64,000 nucleotides of DNA from a virus. How positions within the stretch are numbered: the first letter of the stretch is position 1; each line of letters opens with the position of its first letter. The stretch spans positions 32,001-96,000 of the IMG/VR virus record IMGVR_UViG_3300046010_015054. One strand, given 5' to 3'. A model generated the notes under the pieces. That model saw only the letters and a list, made by a program, of their open reading frames with translations. It did no database searches and had not been told where the DNA came from. Shown here in pieces: positions 1-9,350 of the stretch. The translations under genes were made by a program, and so were the position numbers.

Positions 1-404
1 ATTGATAGAGGATTGGTTGCAATTTCAATACTATCAAATACTCTTCTTAAAAATGTATCATTAAAAATAACATCAGTATCAAGATACATAATATAATCTG
101 CATCTGTAGTTCTAATTGTATGTCTTCTTAAGTCATTGCAACCTAAAAATGAAGCACTATCATCTATTCTTAAAACACATTCAGCCCAATCTTCATTTAA
201 TTTAATTAATTTATGATAAGCATCTTCAAAAAACCATAAACCAATTTTAGATAAATTCCAATTTACTAAATTAGTATTAAGTAAAACTTCAATTCTTACC
301 CTATGATTTTCATTTAAATAATGACTTGAACGTTTTAATTGAATTAAAGTTTGTTCTAAAGCATTAAGTTCATAAGGTAAGGTGTGTATTATTATATGAA
401 TCAT
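1..404 (-). CDS. GT-A fold glycosyltransferase, partial (runs off window start)
   Basis: Not in ORF track. ATG at 404 overlaps the stop of the upstream gene. Hand translation MIHIIIHTLPYELNALEQTL...DADYIMYLDTDVIFND is open to position 1 and has a DxD motif after a hydrophobic strand. Confidence 0.7.
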   Translation of the reverse strand, partial: MIHIIIHTLPYELNALEQTLIQLKRSSHYLNENHRVRIEVLLNTNLVNWNLSKIGLWFFEDAYHKLIKLNEDWAECVLRIDDSASFLGCNDLRRHTIRTTDADYIMYLDTDVIFNDTFLRRVFDSIEIATNPLS

Positions 405-1168
405 TATAACGTAACTAAAGTATGATCTTTTAATCCTGTAATTATATCAAATTGCTCCCAACCTTCAGGAACTTCCCAGTGTTCACAGAGAAGTGGATTT
501 TGAATAATTTCATAACCACCAATCATCATAATGTATTGTAAGAAGAAATCAACCCAACCCATAATTTTACTAACTTTAACTAACTCATCATAGTCTTCAT
601 AAAGTTGATCTTTACAATTTTCCCAAGCTTCAATAAATTGTTCTCTATTAAAAATAGTTCCACCACCTGAAGCATATCCTGGGCATGTGGTTACTCCTCC
701 TAATTTAGCAGAATAATCAAAAAATTCTCTAGGTATAGGATTTGGTCTCATTCTTCCTGTTGGACTCGGTGCTGTAGGGTGGATTGCACAACTAAATTCA
801 TAATCTAAAATAGTAGCTGGTTTAAGAAGAAAATCATCTTCTTCTAATAGCATCATATAATGTGAATCAGTTGTTTTACAAGCTTCATAGAAGCCCCTAA
901 TAAATTCAAATGTTTTTTCTTTATCCCAACATTCGTAACCAACATTGACATTTCCAAAGTTACCACAATAACCTAATTGAAATAAATTAATTGAGGTTTT
1001 AGCCCCAATTTCTAGACCACGTTGTTGATAATTAATCAGATCACCTTCATAATCTACATTAATGAATAAATCAGCATCTGGGTAGTATTTTTTAAGGCTT
1101 TGAAGTGATTTAATCCCAGAATCTACATTTCGGTATGCCCAAAGGTACCCACTTATTAGTTTACTCAT
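404..1168 (-). CDS. putative GT-A glycosyltransferase
   Basis: SLQSLKKYYPDADLFINVD N-terminus, acidic motif YMMLLEEDDF, GGGTIFNR; glycan gene context. Confidence 0.6.
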   Translation of the reverse strand: MSKLISGYLWAYRNVDSGIKSLQSLKKYYPDADLFINVDYEGDLINYQQRGLEIGAKTSINLFQLGYCGNFGNVNVGYECWDKEKTFEFIRGFYEACKTTDSHYMMLLEEDDFLLKPATILDYEFSCAIHPTAPSPTGRMRPNPIPREFFDYSAKLGGVTTCPGYASGGGTIFNREQFIEAWENCKDQLYEDYDELVKVSKIMGWVDFFLQYIMMIGGYEIIQNPLLCEHWEVPEGWEQFDIITGLKDHTLVTL

Positions 1169-1829
1169 GTCTGGTTAGGATATATAAGTTATTAGTAATC
1201 GTATTTATAAATTCTTCTTCAACCCATTGAACTTTACCTAAACCTACTTGATTTACCATTGGTAGATACCAATTATGCATAGCTATATTTACATTATAAG
1301 ATGGGTTAATCTCCATTTCATGAATAGAATCTATAACATTTCCTAACATATTATAAGGAAATACTACAAAAGTATCATTTACAATGGGTAAATGAGTAAA
1401 TTCAGGTTCTCTCCAAAGAAAATTAAATTTAGTAAAATCAAAATTATATTCTTTAAATGGATTTTTTAAAAATTTAATATCAAATCTAGTAGATATTACT
1501 AAATCTAAATCTTGATTTCTCATTTGTTCTAAACTAACAATGTAAATAGAAGATATAGCTTTAAAATTACCTACTTTATCACCTCCTCCTAATTGATTAT
1601 AAGAAGAAGGAGCAATAATGAAGTTTTTAGGTGAGTAATATTTTTGTATGTCTTCTATTTCAGAATTAAGATAAGTACAAAGATAAAATGAAATTTCGTG
1701 TCCTTCTTCTTTTAGAGGATTAACAATGTGCTCAAAAAATTCGTTTATAGCGTCTTTATAGTTCCTATATCGACCGAAAACCCCATCATTATAGGACACC
1801 CCAACTAAATTTATACCGATTTTCATCAA
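1161..1829 (-). CDS. putative glycosyltransferase of the 'KIAxxxxG...RxD' orphan family
   Basis: MKIGINLVG start, DLVISTRFDI motif, VNDTF; resembles the adjacent gene. Confidence 0.5.
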   Translation of the reverse strand: MMKIGINLVGVSYNDGVFGRYRNYKDAINEFFEHIVNPLKEEGHEISFYLCTYLNSEIEDIQKYYSPKNFIIAPSSYNQLGGGDKVGNFKAISSIYIVSLEQMRNQDLDLVISTRFDIKFLKNPFKEYNFDFTKFNFLWREPEFTHLPIVNDTFVVFPYNMLGNVIDSIHEMEINPSYNVNIAMHNWYLPMVNQVGLGKVQWVEEEFINTITNNLYILTRHE

Positions 1830-2530
1830 CTTATAACTTTATCTGAGATGATATTTCCATTTTGGTCACCCCACCAGAGCCAGTTATCTCTTAAAAGTTG
1901 AAATTGGAGAGATAGATTTTTTTGAGAATAAGTTATTAAACCTGCTCTATTCACTATTTCAGTCCAACTTTCTTCAGCACTACCTAAATAACCTTTTTCT
2001 TGTGAGTAATTAATTAACTTGTAAAATACCCCCCAATATAATTTTTCAGCATTTTGGTAATTAGTAATACATAAATTATCATCAAGAAAATTACCATCAC
2101 TACTATGATTAACTAAACTATGATCTAAATTTTCTAAATTTAAAGGTTGAAAAATACCTAAATCATATCTACTTCTAATTATAACATCATATTGAATTTG
2201 AGTATCATACATTTGTTGATAAACATTTTGCCAACTATAAACCATTGGAAATTGTCTAAAACAACTCATTACATCATATTGAGGTAAAGGTCTGGAAGTA
2301 TCGTTATGAGGTAGTTTTATACCTTCTTTATATTTAGTAAATTTGAAAGGTTCCTGTATGTGGGTTGATTTAGCATTAGGATAAAATTGAGATATTTTAT
2401 TCCATTCTTCATCTTTCCAAGCATGTAGATAGATATCTACATCATAATTATCTATAAGATGCCCCCAAGTAGCTTTATATCCTTCTTCTACCTTTCTAGC
2501 AAGACCTGATAGTAGTAGTGCTACTTTCAT
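1826..2530 (-). CDS. putative glycosyltransferase of the 'KVALxxSGxxR...RxRxD' orphan family
   Basis: MKVALLLSGLAR, DIYLHAW, YDVIIRSRYD, DDNL and late E motif, typical of uncharacterised polysaccharide-locus proteins. Confidence 0.55.
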   Translation of the reverse strand: MKVALLLSGLARKVEEGYKATWGHLIDNYDVDIYLHAWKDEEWNKISQFYPNAKSTHIQEPFKFTKYKEGIKLPHNDTSRPLPQYDVMSCFRQFPMVYSWQNVYQQMYDTQIQYDVIIRSRYDLGIFQPLNLENLDHSLVNHSSDGNFLDDNLCITNYQNAEKLYWGVFYKLINYSQEKGYLGSAEESWTEIVNRAGLITYSQKNLSLQFQLLRDNWLWWGDQNGNIISDKVIS

Positions 2531-3282
2531 ATTCCGTATTTAACTATATCCTCGTGTTTAAATAATCCTTCTCCGTGTGCACAAGTAAAGTTTTGTCGAG
2601 CCCACCAATAACTAATATTCTTTTCTAAATCTATACCTTCACCTGGAAATTCAGTAAGCACTTGTTCAAAAAATTTAGTTTTAAATAGTCCTGGATTGTT
2701 AGTCCAATTACTTACTTCAGAATCAGCTAAATAATAATTTTCTTCTAAAAAATCTAATTTAGAAATTTTATCTGGGAATTTTTGATCAGGATTTTCAACC
2801 CAATGTACACAATCAAGTAAGTGACTAGATCTAGTTTGAATCCAAGGATCAATATAATTCCAATTAATGCTCATGTAACGTTCACTGAAATGAGGATAAC
2901 CTGGTTGTTTTCTATGACGTAATCTAATTGTACTGATTCCTCTGTCTAAAAGTTTAATTCCGTTGTTTAGCCTATTGTAAGTAATCTCAGAATTTTCAAT
3001 TAATTTCCAATCATGTTCTAAAATAAGAAAATTTTCATATTTAGCTTTTTTAACTAACTCAATAAAAGCTTTACCAATACCAATATTATCAGGTGAAGCT
3101 ATATACTCAATTCCAAAATGATCAGCAATTCGTTTATCTTCATCACTAAATTCTTGGAAGAATAATTTTATATCATCAGATAACTCTAATAAACCATTAT
3201 GGTAATATGTAACTAAAGTTTCTACTAAAGTTTGCCCTGAATTCCAGGCTAATATTCCTATACTTAAAGGTAATTTATTCAT
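2527..3282 (-). CDS. GT2-like glycosyltransferase
   Basis: SIGILAWN, NIGIGKA, FLILEHDW (ExD variant), WTNNP. Confidence 0.7.
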   Translation of the reverse strand: MNKLPLSIGILAWNSGQTLVETLVTYYHNGLLELSDDIKLFFQEFSDEDKRIADHFGIEYIASPDNIGIGKAFIELVKKAKYENFLILEHDWKLIENSEITYNRLNNGIKLLDRGISTIRLRHRKQPGYPHFSERYMSINWNYIDPWIQTRSSHLLDCVHWVENPDQKFPDKISKLDFLEENYYLADSEVSNWTNNPGLFKTKFFEQVLTEFPGEGIDLEKNISYWWARQNFTCAHGEGLFKHEDIVKYGI

Positions 3283-3905
3283 AGAGAATTATAGTAATTG
3301 TTTTGTCTTTCTTGGCGTTCAATATCCTTATGATGCTCTAAAGCAAATTCTTCCTCTAAAGGTAAAATAGCATGAGTCTTATAACCATCTAAAACCTCAT
3401 GTACTTTATTCTTCCATTTAATTTCAGGGGTACGTTTGTAAATTCTCCACTGGAGGTCAGGCCAATTAACTCTACCTCTATTATCTACAGTCCACCCCCA
3501 TTTTTGGGTATGTTCTTGGGTAAGACCTTTAACTGTATTAATGCGGGGTACTCTAAGTACTTCTACATCATTATTTTCAAGAAGAATGGGCAAATATTGT
3601 ATTAAGTACCAATTAGGCATTTCATCTGCATCAATTTGAAAGATATAGTCTCCTAAACAAGCTTCTGTCAGGGCATTTTTCATATTAGCAAAATGTCCAT
3701 CAAAATGGTAATGAATACATCTAAAAGGAGCAAATGTAAGTTGAGATTGAGATCTTAAATACTCATCTACTGATTTAGAGCCATTACTAGAATCATAAAA
3801 TACAACTATTTCATCCTGTTTTCTTTTATTTTCAGCTAAAAAAGGAAGTAGGCGTTGTATTTCTGCTAATTCATTACAAACTGTTATAGCGTAACTAATT
3901 TTCAT
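3279..3905 (-). CDS. GT2 glycosyltransferase (beta-1,4-glucosyltransferase-like)
   Basis: ISYAITVCNE, FANMKN, DYIFQIDADE, WPDLQWR, VHE motifs. Confidence 0.85.
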   Translation of the reverse strand: MKISYAITVCNELAEIQRLLPFLAENKRKQDEIVVFYDSSNGSKSVDEYLRSQSQLTFAPFRCIHYHFDGHFANMKNALTEACLGDYIFQIDADEMPNWYLIQYLPILLENNDVEVLRVPRINTVKGLTQEHTQKWGWTVDNRGRVNWPDLQWRIYKRTPEIKWKNKVHEVLDGYKTHAILPLEEEFALEHHKDIERQERQNNYYNSL

Positions 3906-3907
3906 CT

Positions 3908-4357
3908 TTATTCAGGTAATACACCAATATATGAGAGTGCTTCCATATAATCACGTTCATGAAAATGCATCATAGTAGACATATCCATTTTCCACTCATA
4001 ATCTTTACCTTTTTCTTTAAACTTGGCTCTTTCTTCTTCAGGCATTGGAACTGCTTTAACCGCAGCCCAACCCCAAACAGCTCCTTTACCAGCACCATCA
4101 GCAAATACCATTCCTTTATCAGGAATATTTACAATTGAAGGCATCCAGACAAGACCATTTTCATCTTCACCCATTAATTCTTTATATAGTTCTGGAAGAA
4201 GTTCAAGTTGTTCTTTTAAAAATTCTGAGTCACGTTTCATAGCTGAATTGGCTTGAAAGCCACAGCCATAACAAAAGTGTAATGTGATTTTAGAGTTTAC
4301 TTCTTGTACATAACAAGCATCTGAACCACAGCGGTTACAAGTTGTTAGATTATCCAT
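3908..4357 (-). CDS. hypothetical protein with N-terminal Zn ribbon
   Basis: CNRC...CYGC cysteine pairs. Confidence 0.6.
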   Translation of the reverse strand: MDNLTTCNRCGSDACYVQEVNSKITLHFCYGCGFQANSAMKRDSEFLKEQLELLPELYKELMGEDENGLVWMPSIVNIPDKGMVFADGAGKGAVWGWAAVKAVPMPEEERAKFKEKGKDYEWKMDMSTMMHFHERDYMEALSYIGVLPE

Positions 4358-5630
4358 TTAATTTTTCTAATTTTGGTAGTTGTAGTTTTGGTAATTCTAA
4401 TTTTACTTCTTTAGGAAATTCAGGAATATTATTAGTCAAAATCATATCTAATTTTTCTTTCATTTTATCCCAGCTAAATTCAGTTTTGCTTCTATAAGCT
4501 TGTCTTTTAGCTCCATCAAGATATTTTTTATAATTTTCAAATACATCTCTAAGATAAAAACCAACCTGCCCAGAATCAACTTGAAACCATTGAGCTTCAG
4601 TTAAAATCATATCTTTTACTGCTGCTGAAGGATGAACATTTTCTAATTTACCATTAATTAAAGGGACAAATTCAGGGTTAAGAAACTCTGTGTGGGCACT
4701 CCAATTTGAAGTAATAATTGGTTTTTTAGAAGTTGAAAACTCAAGTAAAGGTCTTCCAAATCCTTCACCTTTAGTAAAACTAATCATAGCTTTAATTTTA
4801 GGATGATTATAAAGAACATTTATATCTTCATCACTTAAATCACCATGAACTAAATAGATATTAGGTAAATTAGTACTATTTACACTTTCTCTAATTGAAT
4901 TAATTCGTTTAAGTAATTCATCTCTATCCATAATAGATGAACCCATTACACTAGTTTTAAGAATAAGTGCAGGTTTTTTAGCTTTATTTTTAAAAGTTTC
5001 AAGAAACGCTTTAATCATATAACCTACATTCTTTCTATCTTGACCAAAATCACCTTGTAACCAATGACCTACAAATAAATAAGCAAAATCTTCAGTTACT
5101 TGTGATAAGTTAAAAATTTCATTAGTTGATTTATATTTTTCTAAATCAACACCTTCAAATAACACTTCAATAGTAGTTTTTAACTCAAGATTTCCTTGAA
5201 CTAAACCTTGAGCATTTCTTACTTCATATTTAGTATTTTGGAAAACCCCTTTAGCAAATTCAGAAGATGTAATTACTAAATTCATTCTATTACAACCTTC
5301 AACCCAAGGGCCTGAAATTAAAGTAGTTTCCATTCCTGCAGTAACACCAATGTTATATTTTCCTACGGGTTGAAATTCATTGGGGACTGTAATTTGCATC
5401 CAAATTTCAGGTTGTTTATCTAATCTAGGTTCTTTTAAAATGTATTTATTTAAAAATTCCCATTCAGGATTTTCTAAAATAAAGTTCCAAGCGGTATTAC
5501 CCCATCTTTGGGGGATAATTTTTACATCATACTTATCAAGTTCAACAATAGCTTTAACTAAATCTCTTGAGCGGGCTCCATAACCTGAGTATGTGTCTAT
5601 AGGACAACTAATTGCGAATATAGGCTTCAT
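4350..5630 (-). CDS. GT-B (GT4-like) glycosyltransferase
   Basis: SGYGARSR, RKN, GEGFGRPLLE (E-x7-E) motif. Confidence 0.85.
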   Translation of the reverse strand: MKPIFAISCPIDTYSGYGARSRDLVKAIVELDKYDVKIIPQRWGNTAWNFILENPEWEFLNKYILKEPRLDKQPEIWMQITVPNEFQPVGKYNIGVTAGMETTLISGPWVEGCNRMNLVITSSEFAKGVFQNTKYEVRNAQGLVQGNLELKTTIEVLFEGVDLEKYKSTNEIFNLSQVTEDFAYLFVGHWLQGDFGQDRKNVGYMIKAFLETFKNKAKKPALILKTSVMGSSIMDRDELLKRINSIRESVNSTNLPNIYLVHGDLSDEDINVLYNHPKIKAMISFTKGEGFGRPLLEFSTSKKPIITSNWSAHTEFLNPEFVPLINGKLENVHPSAAVKDMILTEAQWFQVDSGQVGFYLRDVFENYKKYLDGAKRQAYRSKTEFSWDKMKEKLDMILTNNIPEFPKEVKLELPKLQLPKLEKLNG

Positions 5631-7066
5631 TAATATACTAAACTATGATTTATATAATTAGGTTTAATTTTATCAACTTTGATAACATCGTATTTAGGTC
5701 TTGGAGACCAAGTATGAAATAGAGTATCACAAGCTTCAATAACTCTCTCACCCATAATTTCAGCAGTAAAACCGGCTTCTACATTAGTAGCCCATTTTCG
5801 ACCTTCTTCACCTCGTCTTTGTTTTTCTTCAGGTGTCATTTCGTAAAGCTCCATAATTCTATCAGAAGCATCTTCAGGAGTACATCTATCATCCCAAATA
5901 TAAGGAGTTAAAGGGCTACCAACTAAAGAACGATTTGAAGGATATACGGGAAAAGCCCACTCACCATGTTTAGTTAAAGTTTTTCTATTATTTGAAGGTA
6001 ATTCTGGGGTAGGTTCAAACCAACCTCCTTTTTTACCTTCAAATCTCATTTGGTCTTGCATTCCTCCTGTAACATTAGCAATAAATGGGGTTCCGGTTAC
6101 CATTGCTTCAGTTAATGATAAACCCCAACCTTCAGCTGATGATAAAAGAATAACAGCATCTGATATGTTATACATTTTATTTAAAGTAGCATGATCCACT
6201 TTATCATAAGAGAAATAAACATTATCATAAACATCTCCAAATAATAATTCTTTAACAGCTACTAAATCTGTACCTGCTTCACTAACTAATTCAGTATGAA
6301 GTAAAAAAGCACATTTATTAGCTTTTTCTTTAGGTAGTTTATCTAAAAATAATTTAAATGCTAATAAAGTATCTGGGGTAGATTTTCTTCTAATATTTCT
6401 AGAATTAAAAAATAAAATAAAATCATATTCTTTACCACCAAATAATTTCTTTTTAATTTCTAATAATTCTGTACTATTTTTTTCAATAGGATAAAAGAAA
6501 TTAGTATTAATTCCATGGGGGATGTATCTTGTTACTTTATCTTTTATTTTATCACCTAAAACTAATTCATTAATTAATTTAGTTTGTTTTGAGATAGCTA
6601 ATAAAGCATCACACGATTCATAAAATGCTCTATTATAATGAGGAGCAGGGTAATCATCCCAAATATTAAGATAAATGATAGGCATTTTTTGGCGAATCTC
6701 ATTTTCAATCTGAAAAAGCCAAATAAAGTATCTAGGATCTGTAATTAAAAAGATAGCATCAAAATGTTCTCCTTTTAAAATAGCTCTAATTTGATCAGCA
6801 CTACCATAACCAGTATTAGCCATGATATGAACATATGAATCACTAAGCCCTGTTAATTTATCAGTCTCAGGACTTAAATCAAAACGTTTTCCATTTTCTG
6901 GGTGGTTAACTGCTCCTCCTAAATTTACCCAATTAAAATGGTGGGCTGTGTGTAGGATAATTTCTTTACCCATACTACCAACACCCGAAGGAAATCTAAT
7001 ATCATCTGTAATTAATAATATTTTCTTCCTCTCATTTTGAGGAAGATATCGAAACTTATCTTGCAT
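5630..7066 (-). CDS. GT-B (GT4-like) glycosyltransferase
   Basis: SGVG, RNIRRK, EGWGLSLTEAM (E-x7-E) motif. Confidence 0.85.
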   Translation of the reverse strand: MQDKFRYLPQNERKKILLITDDIRFPSGVGSMGKEIILHTAHHFNWVNLGGAVNHPENGKRFDLSPETDKLTGLSDSYVHIMANTGYGSADQIRAILKGEHFDAIFLITDPRYFIWLFQIENEIRQKMPIIYLNIWDDYPAPHYNRAFYESCDALLAISKQTKLINELVLGDKIKDKVTRYIPHGINTNFFYPIEKNSTELLEIKKKLFGGKEYDFILFFNSRNIRRKSTPDTLLAFKLFLDKLPKEKANKCAFLLHTELVSEAGTDLVAVKELLFGDVYDNVYFSYDKVDHATLNKMYNISDAVILLSSAEGWGLSLTEAMVTGTPFIANVTGGMQDQMRFEGKKGGWFEPTPELPSNNRKTLTKHGEWAFPVYPSNRSLVGSPLTPYIWDDRCTPEDASDRIMELYEMTPEEKQRRGEEGRKWATNVEAGFTAEIMGERVIEACDTLFHTWSPRPKYDVIKVDKIKPNYINHSLVY

Positions 7067-7071
7067 GAAAA

Positions 7072-7260
7072 CTATTTTTCTATTTCTAAATTATTGTGGT
7101 TATGTAATTGTTTTCTAAAATTCTCATCAGTAAGATATAAATGAATAGCTCGGTCGGCAAGTTTTTGAAACGAAAACTTATGTCTTACACACGAAACTTT
7201 AAATTCATTAAATAAATCACTTTGGATTTTTACACTGGTTAATGTCATATCTTTTGCCAT
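7072..7260 (-). CDS. small ribbon-helix-helix-like DNA-binding protein
   Basis: 62 aa; TSVKI strand followed by two predicted helices (DLFNEFKVSC; SFQKLADRAIHLYL). Confidence 0.5.
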   Translation of the reverse strand: MAKDMTLTSVKIQSDLFNEFKVSCVRHKFSFQKLADRAIHLYLTDENFRKQLHNHNNLEIEK

Positions 7261-7284
7261 ATTTATATAATTTTATATACGAAC

Positions 7285-7292
7285 ATACATAT
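7285..7292 (-). promoter_or_regulatory. putative phage late promoter motif ATAT(G/T)TAT
   Basis: ATATGTAT on the minus strand ~25 nt upstream of the RHH gene; the same motif precedes most structural genes. Confidence 0.4.
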
Positions 7293-7308
7293 ATCGGGAT
7301 TTACATTT

Positions 7309-8253
7309 CTATTGAAAATTGCACAAATTTTTCATGTCTTTAAAAACACAATATTGACAATTCCATTTAGAGGGTTTTGCTTCTTGTTGATGCTTATTAT
7401 AAGTACCATCTTTTGAGAAAGCAAGCTCAATAAACGTATTAAGTCTATTTGTGGCTTGATTTAATTTTATCTTACCAGAAGTAGGCTTATGAGTTTGTAT
7501 TCTTCTATCAGGATACTCACTTTCTTCATTTATTTTTCTTTTTAGAATAAAATATTCTATATCTATATTTTCTACTGGGTAGTCAAATTGCTCAGCAAAA
7601 AATTTTTTATAAAGAATAAGTTGAGAATTTTTTACTTCATCACCTTTTTCTTTTTGTTTCCAACCCCTAGTACTAGTTTTAATATCTATAATTTTTACAT
7701 TTCTAGTATTTTCATTATAAAGTACTAAATCAAGTAAACCTTTATAAAGAATACTAGGGTATCCTGAGTGTGGTTTAAGTATAATTGGGAGTTCAATTCC
7801 TAATAAATGCCAAAATCTTTTACTAAAATATTTACCTTTATTTTTCTTAAACCAATTTATAATAGCTACACCATCATTAAAAAATTCTCTTAGTTCAGTA
7901 GCACTAGAAAAATGGATTTTATTGTTTTTTTCGTAATCTTGTTTATATTGATTACGTAATTTTTCTTCAAATAATCCAATAATATTTTCTCTATCAGCTG
8001 CAGCTATACTTTTACTATACATTATTTGTAGATAATGTTGCAATGTTTCATGCATAGCAGTTCCAAAGGTCATATGAATGCTAAATTCACTTTTATAATG
8101 ACCATCACGATAAAGAAGTGCCCATTTATGAGGACACTGCTCGAAAATTTGATATTGACTAAAAGAAATTACTCTGTTTTTAGTATAATCTATTTCAATT
8201 AGTTTTTTATCTCTTACTTCTTTTAATATACTTGGTTCTTTCTTTTTAGCCAA
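7309..8253 (-). CDS. PD-(D/E)XK nuclease, Cas4/RecB-like with Fe-S cysteines
   Basis: SFSQYQIFEQCP, GTAMH, GLLDL, IIDIKT, QLILY, C-terminal CQYC-x7-C. Confidence 0.85.
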   Translation of the reverse strand: MAKKKEPSILKEVRDKKLIEIDYTKNRVISFSQYQIFEQCPHKWALLYRDGHYKSEFSIHMTFGTAMHETLQHYLQIMYSKSIAAADRENIIGLFEEKLRNQYKQDYEKNNKIHFSSATELREFFNDGVAIINWFKKNKGKYFSKRFWHLLGIELPIILKPHSGYPSILYKGLLDLVLYNENTRNVKIIDIKTSTRGWKQKEKGDEVKNSQLILYKKFFAEQFDYPVENIDIEYFILKRKINEESEYPDRRIQTHKPTSGKIKLNQATNRLNTFIELAFSKDGTYNKHQQEAKPSKWNCQYCVFKDMKNLCNFQ

Positions 8254-8255
8254 AA

Positions 8256-9350
8256 CTATTCTTTTATAAATCTAGTATTTAATTCTAAAATATTTTGAGG
8301 AGATACTTTATTTGTAAATTCTTCTACTACTCCGTTTCTTATATTTTTATTAAATACTATATATTCTCCTTCTAAATCTAATTCATCATAACACCACGTA
8401 AAAGGATTAAGTGAAATGTTTTTATGATAAATTTCTTTCCCTTCTAAATTAATAACCTTACATTCAATCTCCAAGCTATCTTCTTCATTCCAGTAAAATA
8501 AACCTATTTTATTAGTAAGTTCTTTTTTATCATTTTTATGTAAAAGAATTTTACAAACTTTAGGTATATTTTTCCATTTATCTACCCACCCTCCAGGATT
8601 ATTAATAAGATCAAATTTAGAATTAGGATATTGATCTCTAACACTTCCTGGGTGGTTTATACCTTTAAATGGGTATTTTTGTTTTTGGTAATAAAATATT
8701 GTTGGGATAATATATTCAATCCATTTACCATAATAGTTAATTTTTTTACATAAATCCCAATAGTCTTTATCATTATTTACTAGATTAAAACCGGTAAATA
8801 AATCTGTAGAAAAGCCTACCATATGAACATCCATTAATCTATGATGAGGTTTGGCCCAATCTCCTTCTTGACGTTCACCATATAAAAGAAAATGTTCAAA
8901 TGTTTCTAGGTCATTTTTTAAAGATTCTAAATCATTTAGATCAAATTCGGTATCAGCTTCAATTCTAAAAATACGTTTATAACCTAAATTTTCAGCTGCT
9001 GTGCTAGCAAATATAAAACTATTGTAAATATTAGCAGTATGATCTTGAACACCTACTAAGGGTAACCAATTTTCATGGGTACCCATAGATGTTTTTACAT
9101 AAACATAAGGACGTTCATATAATTCTTTATCTAAAAGTTCTTGAGGGGGATGCCCTATCATAAATCCTCCTGTATGATTCCAGTAATGTTTTACTTTAGA
9201 ATCTAACCCCCATGAAAATGAAAATTTATTAAATAAAGCAATTTCATATGGTAAAATTGAATTAAGTTGATCTATTAAATTAGAACATACTTTTGCTCTT
9301 TCTGGGGTAGATAAATAACCATCTACAACTATTAATAGATCTGAGGTCAT
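8256..9350 (-). CDS. hypothetical protein, possible GT-A-like enzyme
   Basis: 364 aa ORF; GYKRIFRIEAD acidic motif; glycan island context. Confidence 0.4.
   Translation of the reverse strand: MTSDLLIVVDGYLSTPERAKVCSNLIDQLNSILPYEIALFNKFSFSWGLDSKVKHYWNHTGGFMIGHPPQELLDKELYERPYVYVKTSMGTHENWLPLVGVQDHTANIYNSFIFASTAAENLGYKRIFRIEADTEFDLNDLESLKNDLETFEHFLLYGERQEGDWAKPHHRLMDVHMVGFSTDLFTGFNLVNNDKDYWDLCKKINYYGKWIEYIIPTIFYYQKQKYPFKGINHPGSVRDQYPNSKFDLINNPGGWVDKWKNIPKVCKILLHKNDKKELTNKIGLFYWNEEDSLEIECKVINLEGKEIYHKNISLNPFTWCYDELDLEGEYIVFNKNIRNGVVEEFTNKVSPQNILELNTRFIKE

Noticed and set aside
7309-8253. CRISPR-Cas locus implied by the Cas4-like nuclease
   Set aside because: No repeat-spacer array or other cas genes; intergenic gaps are all too short for an array
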